A stretch of 64,000 nucleotides of DNA from NCBI GenBank assembly GCA_028712155.1, contig JAQTQO010000001.1, positions 1,501 through 65,500 of the forward strand, given 5' to 3'. This document shows, piece by piece, positions 58,931-64,000 of the stretch. Source of the stretch: Patescibacteria group bacterium (GTDB lineage Bacteria; Patescibacteriota; Patescibacteriia; Buchananbacterales; GWA2-38-13). The notes beneath the pieces are model-generated. The model did no database searches and had not been told where the DNA came from. It saw only the letters and a program-made list of their open reading frames with translations. The stretch's first letter is position 1, and each line of letters starts with the position of its first letter. The position numbers and the translations under genes are program-made.

Positions 58931-60391
58931 ATGGTTCTCGCTGACCGATTTTTTGTTCTGGCCATTGCGACGTTTACGGCCGCTGAGGTGCTTTCGTATC
59001 TTGCTTCCCTGCATCCCGCCTTCGGTACGGCGCTGACGGCCATTATCGCAATCACGGTAATGCTGCTAACGCTGCGCGATTTACGCTGGGGCGTATACGC
59101 GATCCTGGGTGAACTGTTCGTCGGCGGCAAAGGCTACCTATTGAGCTTACCGATCGGCTCCAATCCGCTCTCGTTACGCATGGTGCTCTTTTTGATCGTT
59201 CTGCCCATCGGTGTGGTCCGTCTCACTGCACACCGGTTTTCCGGCAAACCCAAACCAAGTATCCAACTGCCGATCTGCACGTATGTGTTCTTGACGACTC
59301 TGGCGTGCGGCATAATTCTCGGATTGCTGCGTTACCCCTTCAATCAAACTTTCTTTGACGCCAACGCCTGGCTGTTCGTCGCGCTGTTGCCGGTCTTTAT
59401 CGCGGCGCTGACCACACCCGACCATTACCGCCGCCTGATGCAAATTCTGAGCGCCTCCGTTATCGTTGTGGCGGCGAAAAGTCTTGCGCTGCTCTTCATA
59501 TTCGGACATTTCGACGCGGTCGCACTGAATCCCATCTACCATTGGGTACGCGACACGGGCGTCGGTGAGATCACCCTGATCACGGGTACGCTTTTCCGCA
59601 TCTTTTTTCAATCGCACGTGTATATGCTGGTGGCGTGGCTGGCCGGGCTTGCCCTCCTGCTGCACCGCGCATTCCATCGTGCGATTGACGTCGCAATGTT
59701 GGGGGTCGTACTCTATCTGGCGAGCGCGACACTTGTGGTCAGCCAGTCGCGCAGTTTCTGGGTTGCGGGTGCAATCGGGACGCTCGCCGTAGTCCTGCAT
59801 GCCGGATCGACGCGACGCGTGTCGTGGGCACGCGCCGGCCTGATCGTGCTCATGCTTGCCTACACCGTGCAGTCGCAATTTTCTCTGGTGTCGCTGGTTT
59901 CCGGTAATTACGGCGGTAACGTTCTGGCCGCGCGCCTGCGTAATTTGCAATATGAACCGGCGGCGTCAAGCCGCCAACGCCAGCTTTTACCGTTGCTGTC
60001 GGCGATCGGACAACATCCGTGGCTGGGTTCCGGCTTCGGCCGGACCGTGACCTATTTGTCATCCGATCCGCGCGTATTGGCTAACCATCCAAACGGTGCC
60101 TACACAACCAGCGCTTTCGAATGGGGATACCTTGATATCGCGCTAAAGATCGGACTGGCGGGGCTGCTCGCGTACGGCGCTTGGATCGCCACGCAAATTT
60201 TCGGCCTGCTGAAAAAAAATCTCCCGCCGGAGTGGGGAGGTTTGTGCGCCGGATGCGCATTCGGGATGCTGGGCATTGCAATTGCCAACGTCTTCACGCC
60301 GTACCTGAATCACCCGTTAGGCATCGGCTGGGTACTCACCGGTGCGGCGCTGTTGCATGCCGCGACCGTTAAACGAGAACACTCCCGATAA
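58931..60391 (+). CDS. O-antigen ligase/Wzy-like membrane protein
   Basis: Many TMs, SQSRSFW, HPWLGSGFG, GLAGL; start uncertain (58925/58931). Confidence 0.82.
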   Translation: MVLADRFFVLAIATFTAAEVLSYLASLHPAFGTALTAIIAITVMLLTLRDLRWGVYAILGELFVGGKGYLLSLPIGSNPLSLRMVLFLIVLPIGVVRLTAHRFSGKPKPSIQLPICTYVFLTTLACGIILGLLRYPFNQTFFDANAWLFVALLPVFIAALTTPDHYRRLMQILSASVIVVAAKSLALLFIFGHFDAVALNPIYHWVRDTGVGEITLITGTLFRIFFQSHVYMLVAWLAGLALLLHRAFHRAIDVAMLGVVLYLASATLVVSQSRSFWVAGAIGTLAVVLHAGSTRRVSWARAGLIVLMLAYTVQSQFSLVSLVSGNYGGNVLAARLRNLQYEPAASSRQRQLLPLLSAIGQHPWLGSGFGRTVTYLSSDPRVLANHPNGAYTTSAFEWGYLDIALKIGLAGLLAYGAWIATQIFGLLKKNLPPEWGGLCAGCAFGMLGIAIANVFTPYLNHPLGIGWVLTGAALLHAATVKREHSR

Positions 60392-61295
60392 ACCCGGCAT
60401 GTCCGCGCAAAAAATCGCCGACCGGCAGCGATGTTTTCCCTTCCACCTGAACTGCGCGCAGAGTTATGGCGTGTTGCCCGCATGCCACCGCGACCGCATC
60501 ACCGACGCGCAGAATGGTTCCCGGCGTCGTCGTCGTGATGTGGGGAATTATTTTTATCCCTTCGATTATCAGCCGTTTCCCTTGCCACGTCGTAAAAACA
60601 CCCGGCCACGGAAAATACGCGCGCGACAGCCGCTCAATCGTATCGGCGCTTTTCTGCCAGTCGATCCGGCCGTCGTCGCGACGCACCGTTCGGGTAATGG
60701 TTGCCGCCCGTTCGTCCTGGGGAGCCGGGGATAAGCGTCCGGCAGCGTATTCCGGCAAAAGATTCAGTAACGTTTTTGTTCCGATATCGGCCAGCCGCGA
60801 AAGCAGCTGCGGGGCGGTTTCGCCCGGTTCGATTTCCGTTTCGGCTTGGCCGACGATGGGACCGTGGTCAAGCTGCGCGTCAAGGCGAATAATCGTTACC
60901 CCGGTTCGCTTTTGACCGTCGAGAATCGCCTGGGTCACCGGCGAAGGTCCGCGGTACCGCGGCAAAAGCGACGGGTGAAGATTGAGAATACCTTTGGGAA
61001 ACACCCCGAGAAGCTCGGCGGGGATCATTTTACCGTACGCAAAAAGTATTCCCAGGGTCGGACGCATCGCGGTCAGAGCGGGAATAATTTCCCGCAGCCG
61101 GTCGGGCTGCAGCAGGGGATAGGCCAGACGTTCGGCACACCGCTTCACGGGCGAAGGTGAGATCTGCCGGTTGCGTCCGGCCGGCCGATCCGGCTGGGTA
61201 ACGACGGCAACCACGTCAACCTGCTGCGTGACGGCCTCCAGGGTCGGTACGGCAAAATCCGGCGTGCCAAAATACACAACGCGTTCGCTGGCCAT
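60369..61295 (-). CDS. fmt: Methionyl-tRNA formyltransferase
   Basis: FGTPDFA, TQPDRP, NLHPSLLPRYRG, LDHGP. Confidence 0.97.
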   Translation of the reverse strand: MASERVVYFGTPDFAVPTLEAVTQQVDVVAVVTQPDRPAGRNRQISPSPVKRCAERLAYPLLQPDRLREIIPALTAMRPTLGILFAYGKMIPAELLGVFPKGILNLHPSLLPRYRGPSPVTQAILDGQKRTGVTIIRLDAQLDHGPIVGQAETEIEPGETAPQLLSRLADIGTKTLLNLLPEYAAGRLSPAPQDERAATITRTVRRDDGRIDWQKSADTIERLSRAYFPWPGVFTTWQGKRLIIEGIKIIPHITTTTPGTILRVGDAVAVACGQHAITLRAVQVEGKTSLPVGDFLRGHAGFIGSVLV

Positions 61296-61308
61296 AGTGC
61301 AACCGGTC

Positions 61309-61839
61309 TCAATGTTTGGACGTCGTCGTTTTACCAGTGCGATGCGGTAAAAATTTTTCCCACATACCCTTCAGTAAGACTGATCCGCCGGTAAATTTTT
61401 TGACCCGATCGATAAATAAAATCCCGTCCAGGTGATCGATCTCGTGCTGAATCACGCGGGCAAACAGCCCGTCTGCCCGAAATGTTACGGTTTCCCCCGC
61501 GGCCGTTTGCGCCTGCACGCCAATGCTTTTGGCGCGGGACACCAGCCCAAAGACCCTGGGTACGCTCAGGCAACCTTCTTCACCGGTTTCCTGTTCCGCC
61601 GAGCGCTCGGAGATATTCGGATTCACCAACGCGAGCATACCGTCACGGGTGTTCACCAGCACCACCCGCTGCGCACTGCCCACCTGCGGGGCCGCCAAAC
61701 CGAGCCCCTTTGCCCGGCGGAGCGTCTGCTCCATGTCCGCGATCAACGCCGATAATTCCGGCACGTCAAAATCAACGACCGGTCCAACGACCTGCCGCAG
61801 CTGCGGGTTTGGGTAGGTAACCAAGGGTAAATCGGCCAT
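61309..61839 (-). CDS. def: Peptide deformylase
   Basis: GLGLAAPQVG, EGCLS, QHEIDHLDG; start refined to MADLPL. Confidence 0.97.
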   Translation of the reverse strand: MADLPLVTYPNPQLRQVVGPVVDFDVPELSALIADMEQTLRRAKGLGLAAPQVGSAQRVVLVNTRDGMLALVNPNISERSAEQETGEEGCLSVPRVFGLVSRAKSIGVQAQTAAGETVTFRADGLFARVIQHEIDHLDGILFIDRVKKFTGGSVLLKGMWEKFLPHRTGKTTTSKH

Positions 61840-61931
61840 ACCGGAATGCGAAAACGTGACTTTACGATACCACACAAGCGGTAATCCGCAAACCGTGCCG
61901 ATGGCCGCCTTAACCTTTGGCCAACTGCCGC

Positions 61932-62081
61932 TCACCGGATGATTTTGTTTTCCAATCGTCGAATTTTCTGCTCGATCCGATCATACACTTCCCAATCCTG
62001 TTGCTGGTAGGCCTGCAATTGAAGCGTGACGTATAATTTCAGACGTTCCACGGTTGTTTTAATTGACTCTCGGTGTTCCAT
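61932..62081 (-). CDS. 49-aa UVR-like helical-hairpin microprotein (missing from the ORF track)
   Basis: Manual translation MEHRESIKTTVERLKLYVTLQLQAYQQQDWEVYDRIEQKIRRLENKIIR; near-consensus promoter upstream. Confidence 0.6.
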   Translation of the reverse strand: MEHRESIKTTVERLKLYVTLQLQAYQQQDWEVYDRIEQKIRRLENKIIR

Positions 62082-62262
62082 AGGAAATCGAAAAAATTGA
62101 CCTGAGCTCAGGACAACGTCGGGAGCAAGCGGCCGGCTATATTTTGTTGAACCTTCCGCTCCTACCGGCTCCCGCCGGTTCGCGACCTGGCTGATCGGTT
62201 GACGGAGCCGTGCATGCCGCGGTTATTGAACCGCAATATGTTCTGTCGCGAAATGATACTCC

Positions 62263-62291
62263 AGTATAGTGGTTGATTTTTTGCCTGTCAA
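62263..62291 (-). promoter_or_regulatory. sigma70 promoter for the microprotein/def/fmt unit
   Basis: Minus strand TTGACA-17 nt-TATACT. Confidence 0.8.
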
Positions 62292-62311
62292 TGGTAGGAG
62301 ATGATTTTTTG

Positions 62312-62320
62312 TGTGGATAA
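62312..62320 (-). promoter_or_regulatory. DnaA box
   Basis: Exact TTATCCACA on the minus strand; imperfect copies at 62361-62369 and 62377-62385. Confidence 0.45.
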
Positions 62321-62398
62321 AGTGACCTTTTTGATGATGACGTATGATTGCTGCGAAATTTTTTCCACAATTTGTTTGTGGGAAAAGAATATTTCTTC

Positions 62399-64000
62399 CT
62401 AGGCGGTATCAGGATCTACGTCAACCACCCACGGCGTTGGAAGCGCATTGAGCATTGCCGCCAAGGACGAGTAGCCCGTAGTCAGGGAAACCGGAACACG
62501 CCGCCGAGGCGTTTCCACCGGTATTTTGATGATAATTTCCTGGACCTGACGCCGTGCGCGTACAATACCCGATGATTTTTGCGGTCCAAATACCTGCACA
62601 GTTGGCAGCGAGACACCAAGCTCGCGCCGCAGACGCTCAGCCACCGTCTCGCTCTGAGCAACGGCCATCGCTTGCGACGCGTGCGCGTAGGTCAGCCGGA
62701 TTAGCCTGCCAAATGGCGGGTAACTCAGCGCCTGCCGCCCGGCAAGCTCGGCGTCGTACCAAGACGCAATTTGCCCGTGTTGGACTACCTGGTACAGCGG
62801 ATGGCGTGCAAGATGCGTCTGGATGATCAAACGTTCCGATGCCATTGCGCGCAAACCAAGGAGTAACTGGAGGGTGCGTTCGCTCGCACGAAAGTCAGCT
62901 TGTTGCATGCCGGCATCCGGGGCCAGCACTGCCACCATTGGCACCCGAGTGATCTCAGGAAGTGACCGGACCATCGCCGTACCCACCAGCACGGTGACCT
63001 CATTGCGCGCCAACTCACCCAGCAACGCCGTCCGTTCCTGTTGGCTGCAATCGGCATCCAACCGCCGGACCGTGCCGTCACGAACAAACGACTGCGCATA
63101 ACCGGCAACGCGCCGGCTGCCAAAACCAACGGCACGAAATTCCGGACCGCCGCACGTCGGGCATTTCGCCGGTAGCGATCCAGTGAGACCACAGCGATAG
63201 CAATGCAGATTCTCACCGCTGGACTCCAGCGCCCGTCCAATCCCGCCGTCCGGCTGCCGGATGGTCACGTACCGAAAAGGCGTTGCGCACTGCGGACAAC
63301 GCGGCACGTATCCGCAATCACGACAGCGCACAAAAGTCGCCGTTCCTTTTCGGTTGACCAGCAGCAGTGCCTGCAGGCCCGAATGGGACGGAACGCGGGA
63401 CAGAATTTCCTGCAGCCGCCGGCTCAACGGGTTGAAATTCCGCATCGCGTACTCAGCCTTAAGATCAACCAGTTCAACCAAGGGCGGTTTTGAGGGCGCG
63501 ATGGTATGCATATCAAAGAGCTTGGCCGTGGAATTTGCGTAGGAGGTCACGGTCGGGGCGAATGTTTGCAGCAGGACACCGCATCCCTGCAGTTCAGCCA
63601 GTTTCAGGGCGACTTCCCGGGCATGATAGCGCGGATTTTGATCCCATTGTTTATAGCTTCCATCATCCTCGGCCAACATCAAAATCAGCGTAAGATTTTT
63701 GAGTGGCGCGAACACCGCGCGTCGCGTTCCGATCACCACCATGGGATCGCCGCGCGCCGCCGTCCGCCAAAATTGCCACGTTGCATGCAGGACATTGAAA
63801 TCCGGAAAAATCATTGCCGCCGGACCGAAGAAGCGCGCGAGGAAACCGTGCAGCGCGTCCGCCCGGGTAACTTCCGGTACAAGAATGAGCATCTGGCGCT
63901 GCTGCGCCAAGACCTCTTTGACCAGATGAGCGATGCATTCCGGACGTAGATTTCCCTGCAGCAGAATGGAAGCCCCCGGCCGCAACGTCTTTTCCACGAA
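62399..64000 (-). CDS. priA: Primosomal protein N' (PriA), C-terminal part; starts beyond the window end
   Basis: LILVPE, VIGTRRAVFAP, SYKQ..PRYHAR, NRKG, two CxxC..CxxC Zn modules, DFRASER, YPPF, VDVDP. Confidence 0.93.
   Translation of the reverse strand, partial: FVEKTLRPGASILLQGNLRPECIAHLVKEVLAQQRQMLILVPEVTRADALHGFLARFFGPAAMIFPDFNVLHATWQFWRTAARGDPMVVIGTRRAVFAPLKNLTLILMLAEDDGSYKQWDQNPRYHAREVALKLAELQGCGVLLQTFAPTVTSYANSTAKLFDMHTIAPSKPPLVELVDLKAEYAMRNFNPLSRRLQEILSRVPSHSGLQALLLVNRKGTATFVRCRDCGYVPRCPQCATPFRYVTIRQPDGGIGRALESSGENLHCYRCGLTGSLPAKCPTCGGPEFRAVGFGSRRVAGYAQSFVRDGTVRRLDADCSQQERTALLGELARNEVTVLVGTAMVRSLPEITRVPMVAVLAPDAGMQQADFRASERTLQLLLGLRAMASERLIIQTHLARHPLYQVVQHGQIASWYDAELAGRQALSYPPFGRLIRLTYAHASQAMAVAQSETVAERLRRELGVSLPTVQVFGPQKSSGIVRARRQVQEIIIKIPVETPRRRVPVSLTTGYSSLAAMLNALPTPWVVDVDPDTA

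Noticed and set aside
58915-58944. Possible phase-variable frameshift at the O-antigen ligase start (ATGA-coupled ATG is out of frame; T5 run)
   Set aside because: An in-frame ATG at 58931 gives a complete protein and a 5-nt run is too short to argue for slippage.

Overview
A 64 kb window of core bacterial chromosome, very probably from a Patescibacteria/CPR (Parcubacteria/ABY1-like) genome. That placement is inferred from the gene set: RpoA without an alpha-CTD, a short AlaRS, a DUF4012 protein, a stand-alone sigma4/HARE-HTH protein and a VirD4/HerA-like ATPase. Code 11 is used (TGA is a stop). Contents: two surface-polysaccharide clusters (0.6-6.2 kb, 54.5-60.4 kb), tgt, two Clp/Hsp100 ATPases, rplU, an isolated purF, ftsEX, four tRNAs, a P-type ATPase, yidC, dnaB-ybaB-recR, secDF, ugd, mnmA, alaS, the infA-rpmJ-rpsMKD-rpoA-rplQ-rplM-rpsI operon, fmt/def and a partial priA. 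I saw no transposase, integrase, prophage or CRISPR array. Most unusual observations: (1) an intact tRNA-Gly(CCC) nested inside a second, decayed tRNA-Gly whose T-arm is replaced by a long inverted repeat, downstream of a 6S-like rod-shaped RNA candidate; (2) three self-contained single-gene cassettes (pgsA-like, purF, an orphan), each with its own sigma70 promoter, Shine-Dalgarno and terminator, while the ribosomal operon genes I inspected have no SD; (3) a ClpB carrying a ClpP-docking LGF loop; (4) a membrane-anchored, Zn-finger Clp ATPase with a degenerate first ring; (5) SecD with an inserted parvulin domain; (6) an unannotated 49-aa UVR-like microprotein behind a structured leader. All calls come from motif recognition by eye; no searches or folding programs were run.
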